A stretch of 9,047 nt of DNA from a virus, in UHGV virus genome UHGV-0043901. The stretch is one strand, 5' to 3'. Each line of letters opens with the position of its first letter. The first letter of the stretch is position 1. The position numbers and the translations under genes are program-made. Under the pieces are notes generated by a model that saw nothing but the letters and a program-made list of their open reading frames with translations, made no database searches and was not told where the DNA came from. Positions 1-6,386 of this stretch are shown here, in pieces.

Positions 1-2
1 AC

Positions 3-26
3 GGTGTAGTCAATGGTGTAGTTAAT
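3..26. repeat. Two tandem 12-mers (GGTGTAGTCAAT / GGTGTAGTTAAT) just upstream of the integrase start
   Basis: Direct tandem repeat, 11 of 12 identical, read directly from sequence at 3-14 and 15-26. Confidence 0.4.
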
Positions 27-49
27 TTTGATGACCGGAAACGCGAAAC

Positions 50-1288
50 ATGAGCAGCGCAATTCATAGACTTAGCGACACTCTTTTACGAAAATTAAGC
101 GGATCACCAACCACAAAAAACGCCTTTTTTAATGACGGTGGCAATCTTAGCGTAAGACATTCCACCAGCGGCCTGTTAACCTGGTATTTCACTTACAGGG
201 CCGGAACTGGTAGGCAGATATCACCGGAACGTCTGAGGCTGGGCAATTATCCCGATCTGAGCCTGAAAGCTGCCAGGGAAAAAGCGGCACAGTGTCGCGC
301 CTGGCTGGCTGAGGGGAAAAATCCGCGCTATGAACTTAATCATGCTGTACAGGACGCGTTAGCCCCCGTGACGGTTAAGGAAGCGCTCACTTACTGGCTT
401 GAATCGTACGCAAAGGAAAAGCGCACTGACTACGAATCACTGAAAAGCCGGATCAATAAACACATAATTAGCCAGATTGGCGCTATGCCACTGGAAAAAT
501 GCGAGCTACGCCACTGGCTGGCCTGTTTTGACCAGCTTGCTAAGCGTAATCCGGTATCAGCCGGATTTTTGCTACAGGTATGCAAACAGGCGCTTAAGTA
601 CTGCCGAAAACGACGATACGCAATCAGCAACGTTCTTGATGATATGGTTGTCGGTGATGTTGGGAAAAAAGCAGAAATAAGCGAGCGCGTACTAACAAAC
701 AAGGAGCTTGGGGAATTACTACGCGCCCTGGATGAAAAAATTTACCCACCGTACTACAGCGCCATGATTCGCCTCCTGATTGTCTTCGGATGTCGTACCA
801 CTGAGCTAAGACGCTCTGAGGTCCAGGAATGGGATTTTAAAGAAATGCTCTGGACCGTGCCGAAAGAACACAGCAAAACGAAGGTAGCAATATTCAGGCC
901 AATACCGGAAGCGATCTTGCCGTTCTTAACGAAGCTGGTGGAGCAGAACAGGCACACGGGATTATTGCTCGGAGAACTGAAAGGGCAATCATCCGTATCA
1001 GAGTACGGAAGAACGGCACACAGACGCATTAATCAAGCCCCCTGGACGTTGCACGACATCCGGCACACGTTTACAACGATGCTGAACGATTTAGGCGTGG
1101 ATCCTCATGTAGTGGAGCAGCTTACCGCGCACCAGTTGCCAGGAATGCAACGAGTCTATAATCACTCCCGTTATCTTGATGCAAAACGTGACGCTCTTAA
1201 TCTATGGGTTGAGCGTCTCGAGCTTCTCCAGAACAATGATGAAAAAATCGTTGTTATGACCCCGCGAATTTACTCCCAAAATTCTTGA
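50..1288 (+). CDS. int: Tyrosine recombinase / site-specific integrase, P4-like family (N-terminal arm-binding DUF4102-type region plus C-terminal catalytic domain)
   Basis: 412-aa ORF; N-terminus LSDTLLRKL...LSVRHSTSGLLTWYFTYR...LRLGNYPDLSLKAAREKA matches the P4-integrase N-terminal pattern; C-terminus has HDIRHTF (His-x-x-Arg-His) and a downstream Tyr in RVYNHSRY consistent with tyrosine recombinase catalytic residues. Confidence 0.9.
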   Translation: MSSAIHRLSDTLLRKLSGSPTTKNAFFNDGGNLSVRHSTSGLLTWYFTYRAGTGRQISPERLRLGNYPDLSLKAAREKAAQCRAWLAEGKNPRYELNHAVQDALAPVTVKEALTYWLESYAKEKRTDYESLKSRINKHIISQIGAMPLEKCELRHWLACFDQLAKRNPVSAGFLLQVCKQALKYCRKRRYAISNVLDDMVVGDVGKKAEISERVLTNKELGELLRALDEKIYPPYYSAMIRLLIVFGCRTTELRRSEVQEWDFKEMLWTVPKEHSKTKVAIFRPIPEAILPFLTKLVEQNRHTGLLLGELKGQSSVSEYGRTAHRRINQAPWTLHDIRHTFTTMLNDLGVDPHVVEQLTAHQLPGMQRVYNHSRYLDAKRDALNLWVERLELLQNNDEKIVVMTPRIYSQNS

Positions 1289-1336
1289 CAAATTACGGCT
1301 GTTTTTCTTCGGGAAAATAGCCGTCTTAAAAAAATC

Positions 1337-1368
1337 GTCGAAGCTCGACCAAAGTTCGTCGTTTTTTT
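1337..1368 (+). terminator. Possible weak terminator after int: short hairpin GTCGA-AGC-TCGAC followed at a distance by a T7 run
   Basis: 5-bp stem with 3-nt loop at 1337-1349; T-run at 1362-1368 is 12 nt downstream, so geometry is non-canonical. Confidence 0.2.
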
Positions 1369-1437
1369 ATTTGTCAATCATCGAAAAAATTGAAATTCAC
1401 TCTCCTGAATCCTTATTCTCTGTTTCTTGATTGTTCC

Positions 1438-1486
1438 AACACCTGATGGTTTATCTATTTGTTTTTAATGAGGTAATTCAGGTGTT
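1438..1486. promoter_or_regulatory. 9-bp inverted repeat AACACCTGA / TCAGGTGTT separated by a 31-bp AT-rich spacer in the int-alpA intergenic region
   Basis: Arms at 1438-1446 and 1478-1486 are exact reverse complements; lies in a roughly 410-bp noncoding AT-rich region (1289-1698). Confidence 0.35.
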
Positions 1487-1698
1487 ATGCCAAATGACGA
1501 CATTTTTTGTTGCGTCGCTTAAAAACTCGTGACACGATTTTAAACACTAACGAGCTTCTACGAACCTTAGCGAACAAAGCCTTTAGCATGGTTGTGTTTT
1601 TAATTTAAGAGGTGAAAAAGAATCTAAGTAATATCCGATCTCATATATCTACAGCTAAGAGAAAAGTTTATATACGTAATTTTTATGTAGGTTTTTGT

Positions 1699-1908
1699 AT
1701 GCGTGAAATAAATGAAGATCGTGTAATCCGCGAAAAAGAATGCAGAGAGCTAACAGGCGTTTGCCGCACAACTCGTTACGAGATGGAAAAGCAGGGCCGC
1801 TTCCCCTCACGTATCAGTCTCGGCGGTCGTTCTGTTGGCTGGGTTAAGTCTGAGGTTATGGAATGGGTTAAAAGCAGAAATCGTATTAATTCAGGTAAGG
1901 CAGCGTAA
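1699..1908 (+). CDS. alpA: AlpA-family phage transcriptional regulator (winged helix / MerR-like HTH)
   Basis: 69-aa product from the internal ATG at 1699; RELTGVCRTTRYEMEKQGRFPSRISLGGRSVGWVKSEVMEWV matches the AlpA signature (LTG-S-T-Y ... FP ... LGGRSV-W-SEV-EW). The ORF-track start at 1612 is a GTG with the Shine-Dalgarno abutting it, so the shorter form is preferred. Confidence 0.8.
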   Translation: MREINEDRVIREKECRELTGVCRTTRYEMEKQGRFPSRISLGGRSVGWVKSEVMEWVKSRNRINSGKAA

Positions 1909-2046
1909 AGGGGAGCATATGACACATAAAACAAAGGCGACCTGTGGCGGTCGCCAATGGGAAAACACTAAACATAAGCCCGAACATCATAGCGATTTGC
2001 TGGCTGGTGGGCAATGTGCTCAGTGTGCTGGCTTGCTGGTGGACTA

Positions 2047-2238
2047 TCAGCCTTTTGGTTCTATACCGCGCCGCTTTAGTTCTGTCCTGGCTAATTCTTT
2101 AAACCAGTTACCAAGGGTTAGACCGTCAGAAGTTGCCGCCTCATTTACTTGTTGGCGTAGCTCTTTACTGATTCTGATTTGGAAGGTTGGAGACCATCCC
2201 TCACCGCGTGGCGATTTATCGCGCTTTAATGTTGACAT
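2047..2238 (-). CDS. Arc/Mnt-like ribbon-helix-helix DNA-binding protein (putative repressor)
   Basis: 63 aa; PTFQIRISKELRQQVNEAATSDGLTLGNWFKELA aligns by eye with P22 Arc PQFNLRWPREVLDLVRKVAEENGRSVNSEIYQRV (beta-strand, helix, G-x-S/T-x-N, helix). AGGAG Shine-Dalgarno 12 nt upstream on the minus strand; a perfect inverted repeat directly abuts the start codon. Confidence 0.5.
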   Translation of the reverse strand: MSTLKRDKSPRGEGWSPTFQIRISKELRQQVNEAATSDGLTLGNWFKELARTELKRRGIEPKG

Positions 2239-2281
2239 GTACGTACGTAACTCCTATTATCATTGCTGTTACGTACGTACA
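2238..2281. promoter_or_regulatory. Operator-like perfect inverted repeat TGTACGTACGTAAC - 16 bp - GTTACGTACGTACA between divergent small genes
   Basis: Arms at 2238-2251 and 2268-2281 are exact reverse complements (14 of 14); each arm is itself built from alternating TACGTA palindromic units. Confidence 0.55.
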
Positions 2282-2370
2282 ATATCAGTAGGTACAGTAA
2301 AAAGCAAAGCCCCGCAAGTGTCGTTACCACTCGCAGGGCTTCTAACCAATAACGTAAAGGAGCTAAACGC

Positions 2371-2569
2371 TATGGCTGTAATACAGCATACCCCACACCT
2401 TGTACACACACAAACGGCCTTTGTGTGGCGTTTTCTGGCCCTGAGTGCCGGAGAATCTCAAATCATCCACGTAACCGCCTGGACGGAACGCGAAGCGCGT
2501 AGCCGTTGCCCGTCAGGTTGTGTTGCTGTATTTGCCGCTCGTATTCGTCAGGGGGTGTTCCATGCCTGA
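2371..2569 (+). CDS. Small protein, possibly Icd-like (host cell division inhibitor-like) family
   Basis: 65-aa reading from the internal ATG at 2371, preceded by AAAGGAG; motif FVWRFLAL...IHVTAWTEREARSRCPSGCVAVFAARI resembles the Icd-like small proteins common in enterobacterial islands (recalled pattern, not searched). The upstream part of the 244-aa track ORF is judged spurious. Confidence 0.4.
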
Positions 2570-2882
2570 CATGACCAATTACCAGTACCTGATTAATCCG
2601 CATTTTAAGTGTGATCATGATATTGCTAAGAAGGTTTATTCCGCTGCTGATGGGGCTACTGACAATATATCAATGGGTATTGCGTCAATTGGTAGCCTGA
2701 TGTGGCATGCGTCAGAAAATGAGGACTATGACGAAAAGGCCATGCGCATTGATATGGGTAATATCGGTTTGTTACTGGCAATGCTTGGGCAGTTTGATAT
2801 TTCGTTACGGTGCACCATTGAAAATGCCACAGATGCATTAAATGCCATAAAGAAAGCGAATACTGATTCAAATCGGGGATAA
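2562..2882 (+). CDS. Hypothetical protein (106 aa), no recognisable family
   Basis: ATG at 2562 with GGGGGTG Shine-Dalgarno, overlapping the stop of the upstream ORF; acidic, protein-like composition; same strand and tight spacing as neighbours. Confidence 0.5.
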   Translation: MPDMTNYQYLINPHFKCDHDIAKKVYSAADGATDNISMGIASIGSLMWHASENEDYDEKAMRIDMGNIGLLLAMLGQFDISLRCTIENATDALNAIKKANTDSNRG

Positions 2883-2888
2883 ATAATC

Positions 2889-3188
2889 ATGAGAACATAT
2901 TTATCTGGCTTGACTGCCAGCGGTTATGCACACCCCAAAATTATCCCCGGCGCTATTTATCTGGATAAGAACGGTAACAGAGTAACGGTAAAAGAACTGA
3001 TGTTTGACCGTGTTTATTTTATCCGTGATGGATATTCATTTCTTAGTTCGCTGAACGTGGAGATCTTTATTTGCAGATTCCGGCGGGAAATCCCGACTTC
3101 CAGAAATAACCATGTGTCATGTATGGATGTTGATAAAAAACTACAGGAACTAAAAAACATGATTGCCGCGTGGAGAGAGCAGAAATGA
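2889..3188 (+). CDS. Hypothetical protein (99 aa), translationally coupled to the primase gene
   Basis: Stop TGA at 3186-3188 overlaps the primase ATG at 3185-3187 (ATGA overlap). Confidence 0.5.
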   Translation: MRTYLSGLTASGYAHPKIIPGAIYLDKNGNRVTVKELMFDRVYFIRDGYSFLSSLNVEIFICRFRREIPTSRNNHVSCMDVDKKLQELKNMIAAWREQK

Positions 3189-5002
3189 AAAAAGCGCCAA
3201 ATTTAAAACACCAGCCACGTGACAAAATGACGGAAGTCATCATTTTTGCGGGTAGTGATGCGTGGGCACATGCGAAGCAGTGGCAGGAACAGGACGGGCG
3301 ACTGGCTGGCGACAGCGTGCCTCCTGTCTGGCTTGGAGAGCAACAACTTGCCGAACTGGACAACCTGCAAATCGTACCGGACGGACGCTATCGCGTGCGT
3401 CTCTACCAGGCGGGGTTATTGCGTCCGGGGCTTGTTAATACCATCGGGCAGAAACTGGCAGCGGCAGGTGTCAGGGATGCTGATTATTACCCTGAAGGAA
3501 TGCACAGCCAGAAACGGGAGAACTGGCGCGAATATCTGGAACGTGAACGGGCAGAGCAGGCGGAAAAGAAAAAGGTAGTTGAACTGCCTGTAAAGAAAAA
3601 AGAGCGGGTAAAAGACGATAACGCTTCATCACTGGCGCTTAACCAGATGGGAGCAAGTCAACGCGGCGAAGTTCTCCTGGCACATTATGGCGGTGAACTG
3701 GCGATTCATGCTGACTCTGACACTGTTCACTATTACAACGGCGTTGTATGGGAGCCAGTACAGGATAAAGAATTACAGCGAGCTATGGCACAGATTTTCA
3801 TTGATGCGGAGATCAGCTATTCGCAGAACGCCATTAAATCGGCGGTCGATACCATGAAGTTAAGTTTGCCTGTAATGGGGAATACAGCCCGTAACCTGAT
3901 TGGATTCAGTAACGGTGTTTTTGATACCCGGACAGGCGATTTTCGGGAGCATAACAAAAACGACTGGTTGTTAATTGCCAGTGAATTACCTTTCAGCCCA
4001 CCAGCAGAGGGGGAAACGCTGGCAACACATGCGCCGAATTTCTGGAAGTGGTTACGCCGTTCGGTGGCTGAGAATGACCGCAAGGCGGATCGCGTACTGG
4101 CTGCATTATTCATGGTGCTGGCGAACCGGTACGACTGGCAGTTATTCATTGAGGTAACAGGTCCAGGGGGAAGTGGTAAAAGCGTGATGGCGGAGATTTG
4201 CACCATGCTGGCGGGTAAGGCCAACACAGTATCGGCAAGCATGAAGGCGCTGGAAGATGCAAGGGAACGCGCGTTAGTGGTTGGCTTTTCGCTGATTATC
4301 ATGCCGGATATGACCCGCTACGCTGGTGATGGGGCAGGGATTAAGGCTATTACAGGCGGTGACAAGGTGGCAATTGACCCGAAACACAAAGCCCCCTACT
4401 CAACGCGTATTCCGGCAGTAGTGCTGGCGGTTAACAATAACGCCATGTCATTCAGTGACCGCAGCGGGGGGATCTCACGTCGTCGGGTGATATTCAATTT
4501 TTCGGAAGTTGTACCGGAGAACGAACGCGATCCAATGCTGGCGGAAAAAATAGAAGGTGAGCTGGCGGTAGTGATTCGCCATCTGCTTACACGGTTTGCT
4601 GACCAGGACGAAGCCAGACGCCTGTTATATGAGCAGCAGAAATCTGAAGAAGCACTGGCGATAAAGCGAGAGGGGGATTCGCTGGTGGACTTCTGCGGCT
4701 ATCTCATGGCGTCGGTAATGTGTGATGGTCTGTTAGTGGGTAATGCTGAAATTGTGCCATTCAGCCCACGCAGGTATCTCTATCATGCCTATCTGGCTTA
4801 TATGAGGGCACATGGGTTTGGTAAACCTGTAACACTGACGCGCTTCGGTAAAGATATGCCGGGGGCAATGGCGGAATATGGCAGGGAGTATATGAAACGG
4901 AAAACGAAGCACGGTTTTCGTTCAAACGTGACACTGACGGAGGAATCAGAAGACTGGATGCCATCATGTGTATCGGTCACTAATGACGATAGTAAAAATT
5001 AA
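3185..5002 (+). CDS. Replication initiator: P4-alpha / D5-type primase-helicase with P-loop NTPase (SF3-like helicase) domain
   Basis: About 605 aa from ATG 3185 (GGAGAG Shine-Dalgarno 7 nt upstream; the track start at 3170 is in frame). Walker A GPGGSGKS encoded at 4160-4183; downstream hydrophobic strand plus acidic residues (LIIMPDM) consistent with Walker B; lies immediately upstream of an iteron array. Confidence 0.88.
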   Translation: MKKAPNLKHQPRDKMTEVIIFAGSDAWAHAKQWQEQDGRLAGDSVPPVWLGEQQLAELDNLQIVPDGRYRVRLYQAGLLRPGLVNTIGQKLAAAGVRDADYYPEGMHSQKRENWREYLERERAEQAEKKKVVELPVKKKERVKDDNASSLALNQMGASQRGEVLLAHYGGELAIHADSDTVHYYNGVVWEPVQDKELQRAMAQIFIDAEISYSQNAIKSAVDTMKLSLPVMGNTARNLIGFSNGVFDTRTGDFREHNKNDWLLIASELPFSPPAEGETLATHAPNFWKWLRRSVAENDRKADRVLAALFMVLANRYDWQLFIEVTGPGGSGKSVMAEICTMLAGKANTVSASMKALEDARERALVVGFSLIIMPDMTRYAGDGAGIKAITGGDKVAIDPKHKAPYSTRIPAVVLAVNNNAMSFSDRSGGISRRRVIFNFSEVVPENERDPMLAEKIEGELAVVIRHLLTRFADQDEARRLLYEQQKSEEALAIKREGDSLVDFCGYLMASVMCDGLLVGNAEIVPFSPRRYLYHAYLAYMRAHGFGKPVTLTRFGKDMPGAMAEYGREYMKRKTKHGFRSNVTLTEESEDWMPSCVSVTNDDSKN

Positions 5003-5013
5003 ACTTATGGAAT

Positions 5014-5240
5014 AACTGTTCACCACTGTTCACCCTGTCATAAATATCTTTTATATCAGTATATTATAGGGTGAACAGTTATTTATGAACTGTTCACCAA
5101 ACTATTCACTGTTCACCTTTTTGATTGTTTATTGAGCTTCAAGGGTGAACAGTGGTGAATAGTTGGTGAATAGTTTTTGTGAAACTGTTCACCCCTTAAC
5201 ATTATGAATTAAAAGATAAAATATCAAAAGGTGAACAGGT
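5014..5240. repeat. Origin of replication: iteron array of 9-mer CTGTTCACC / GGTGAACAG in both orientations with AT-rich spacers
   Basis: Perfect copies on plus strand at 5016, 5026, 5090, 5109, 5185; reverse-complement copies at 5070, 5144, 5230; degenerate GGTGAATAG at 5154 and 5165; 11-bp palindromic pair GGTGAACAGTT-7bp-AACTGTTCACC at 5070-5098; interspersed AT-rich stretches (5041-5068). Confidence 0.8.
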
Positions 5241-5289
5241 GAAGGGTTAAAACGCAAAAATTTTAATTTACTGCTGTGAGATAAAGCCT

Positions 5290-5535
5290 ATGACAGCGAA
5301 GCACACAAAAAAATCACAATCGCACGCCCTTGATTTGACGGAACACTGGTTAAGGGTGTCGATAAAAATCATCGACCGCAACGCGGGGGAAGGATATGCG
5401 AAAGCACATCCCGAACTGATTAGCGCATTCATGACAACGGCAGCTGCAAACTTTGCCACGCTGACAGAACGGGAGATTGCCGAAGCGGAACAGGTGACAA
5501 CCATCAACGTTAAAACCAGTGAGGTGGAATCATGA
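5290..5535 (+). CDS. Hypothetical protein (81 aa) coupled to ssb
   Basis: Stop TGA at 5533-5535 overlaps the ssb ATG at 5532 (ATGA); weak Shine-Dalgarno, no recognisable motif. Confidence 0.4.
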   Translation: MTAKHTKKSQSHALDLTEHWLRVSIKIIDRNAGEGYAKAHPELISAFMTTAAANFATLTEREIAEAEQVTTINVKTSEVES

Positions 5536-5942
5536 CAGCACAGATAGCAGCTTACGGGCGGCTGGCAAGTGACCCGCAGTTAAAGACCACCAGCAAGGGC
5601 ACACAAATGGCTATGGCGAGCATGGCGGTCCCCCTGCCGTGCAGCCAGTCGGATGACGGTCAGGCGACGATGTGGTTATCTGTTCTGGCGTTTGGCAGAC
5701 AAGCCGACGCGCTGGCAAAGCATCACAAAGGCGAACTCCTGAGCGTGGCGGGTAACATGCAGGTGAGTCAGTGGACTGGACAGAACGGTGAAACGCGGCA
5801 GGGCTGGCAGGTTATCGCAGACAGCGTAATCAGTGCGCGAACGGTGCGACCGGGCGGGAACAGACGCAAAACCACAGGCACACAGGGTAATCAGCCACCA
5901 GCGGGAGACGATGACCCCTACGGTGATGATATTCCGTTCTGA
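5532..5942 (+). CDS. ssb: Single-stranded DNA-binding protein (OB-fold SSB) with canonical acidic C-terminal tip
   Basis: 136 aa; N-terminal IAAYGRLASDPQLKTTSKGTQMAMASMAV and conserved Trp and Lys-Gly positions fit the SSB OB fold; Gly/Gln/Pro-rich linker; C-terminus DDDPYGDDIPF ends in the DDIPF tail also seen in E. coli SSB. GAGGTGG Shine-Dalgarno. Confidence 0.8.
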   Translation: MTAQIAAYGRLASDPQLKTTSKGTQMAMASMAVPLPCSQSDDGQATMWLSVLAFGRQADALAKHHKGELLSVAGNMQVSQWTGQNGETRQGWQVIADSVISARTVRPGGNRRKTTGTQGNQPPAGDDDPYGDDIPF

Positions 5943-5950
5943 ACGCACAG

Positions 5951-5973
5951 GCCGGAGAAAATCCGGCTTTTTG
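5951..5973 (+). terminator. Rho-independent terminator (GCCGGA-GAAAA-TCCGGC plus T5)
   Basis: 6-bp GC-rich stem with 5-nt loop and TTTTT tail, 9 nt after the ssb stop. Confidence 0.7.
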
Positions 5974-5984
5974 TATCCAAAAAA

Positions 5985-6021
5985 AGCCCGATAAGTACAG
6001 GAGGAAGCTTATCGGGCTTTT
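5985..6021. terminator. Second hairpin (AGCCCGATAAG - 12 nt loop - CTTATCGGGCT) flanked by an A-run upstream and T-run downstream; possible bidirectional terminator
   Basis: 11-bp perfect stem at 5985-5995 / 6008-6018, A6 at 5979-5984 and TTTT at 6018-6021. Confidence 0.4.
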
Positions 6022-6095
6022 GCTTACGAGGTTAACAGCATGGTGACTACTGTTGCTGTAAATCATTTCATAATTTGCAACGTAACTCAATTTTA

Positions 6096-6123
6096 TTGCA
6101 CAAAATGCAATCATGATTATAAT
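6096..6123 (+). promoter_or_regulatory. Candidate sigma70-type promoter for the head-gene operon (TTGCAC - 16 nt - TATAAT), overlapped by a 14-bp perfect palindrome ATGATTATAATCAT (6113-6126)
   Basis: -35-like hexamer at 6096-6101 and consensus -10 at 6118-6123; the palindrome embeds the -10 and is a candidate operator. Confidence 0.4.
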
Positions 6124-6157
6124 CATAACTGGATGAACATACAGTTATGATTTTTTA
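6122..6157 (+). promoter_or_regulatory. AT-rich hairpin (ATCATAACT - 12 nt - AGTTATGAT) followed by a T6 run in the 5' leader of the head operon; possible attenuator / terminator
   Basis: 9-bp exact inverted repeat at 6122-6130 and 6143-6151, then TTTTTT at 6151-6156, between the putative promoter and the first Shine-Dalgarno (AAGAGGA at about 6163). Confidence 0.3.
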
Positions 6158-6179
6158 AGTCAAAGAGGAATTTCTGACT

Positions 6180-6386
6180 ATGGCAGAAGAGAAAAAAGGC
6201 GGTGTTTCGGTGTACATAAGCCCCGAAATCGTGGAGGTGCTCAAGCAGCGCCACAAAAAAAACTATGAGGCTGGCGTGGCGGCTGGACTGGATCCGCTGA
6301 TGACGCCGGAGCCGTCGATAGGTTCACTTGTGCGCTCTTATTTACTTGCGGCGCTTGGGATGCATAAAAATTATGGGGGTGAATAA
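6180..6386 (+). CDS. Small protein (68 aa), first gene of the head operon; possibly ribbon-helix-helix-like
   Basis: Strong Shine-Dalgarno AAGAGGA; stop TAA overlaps the capsid ATG (TAATG at 6384-6388); pattern VSVYISPEIVEVLKQ then helices is compatible with a ribbon-helix-helix fold, but this is weak. Confidence 0.5.
   Translation: MAEEKKGGVSVYISPEIVEVLKQRHKKNYEAGVAAGLDPLMTPEPSIGSLVRSYLLAALGMHKNYGGE

Noticed and set aside
1612-1698. N-terminal extension of alpA starting at GTG 1612
   Set aside because: The Shine-Dalgarno directly abuts the GTG (no spacer), and AlpA-family proteins are typically about 65-70 aa, matching the ATG at 1699.
1835-2569. 244-aa plus-strand ORF spanning alpA 3' end to the Icd-like region, with a good Shine-Dalgarno at about 1907-1914 and an ATG at 1919
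   Set aside because: The translation is low-complexity and non-protein-like through the middle, it reads through the palindromic operator, and it runs antisense across the Arc-like gene, which has a recognisable fold pattern. Only the C-terminal 65 codons (from the ATG at 2371 with its own AAAGGAG) are kept as a gene. A short plus-strand gene starting at 1919 cannot be excluded but has no in-frame stop before 2569.
3817-4302. 161-aa minus-strand ORF and other minus-strand ORFs inside int (430-702, 754-1029) and the primase gene (3067-3363, 4761-4980)
   Set aside because: All are antisense to well-supported plus-strand genes and lack ribosome-binding sites or recognisable motifs.
5014-5240. 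Possible CRISPR array because of the many short repeats
   Set aside because: Repeats are only 9 bp, irregularly spaced, present in both orientations and separated by AT-rich DNA rather than uniform unique spacers. This is an iteron origin, not a CRISPR array.
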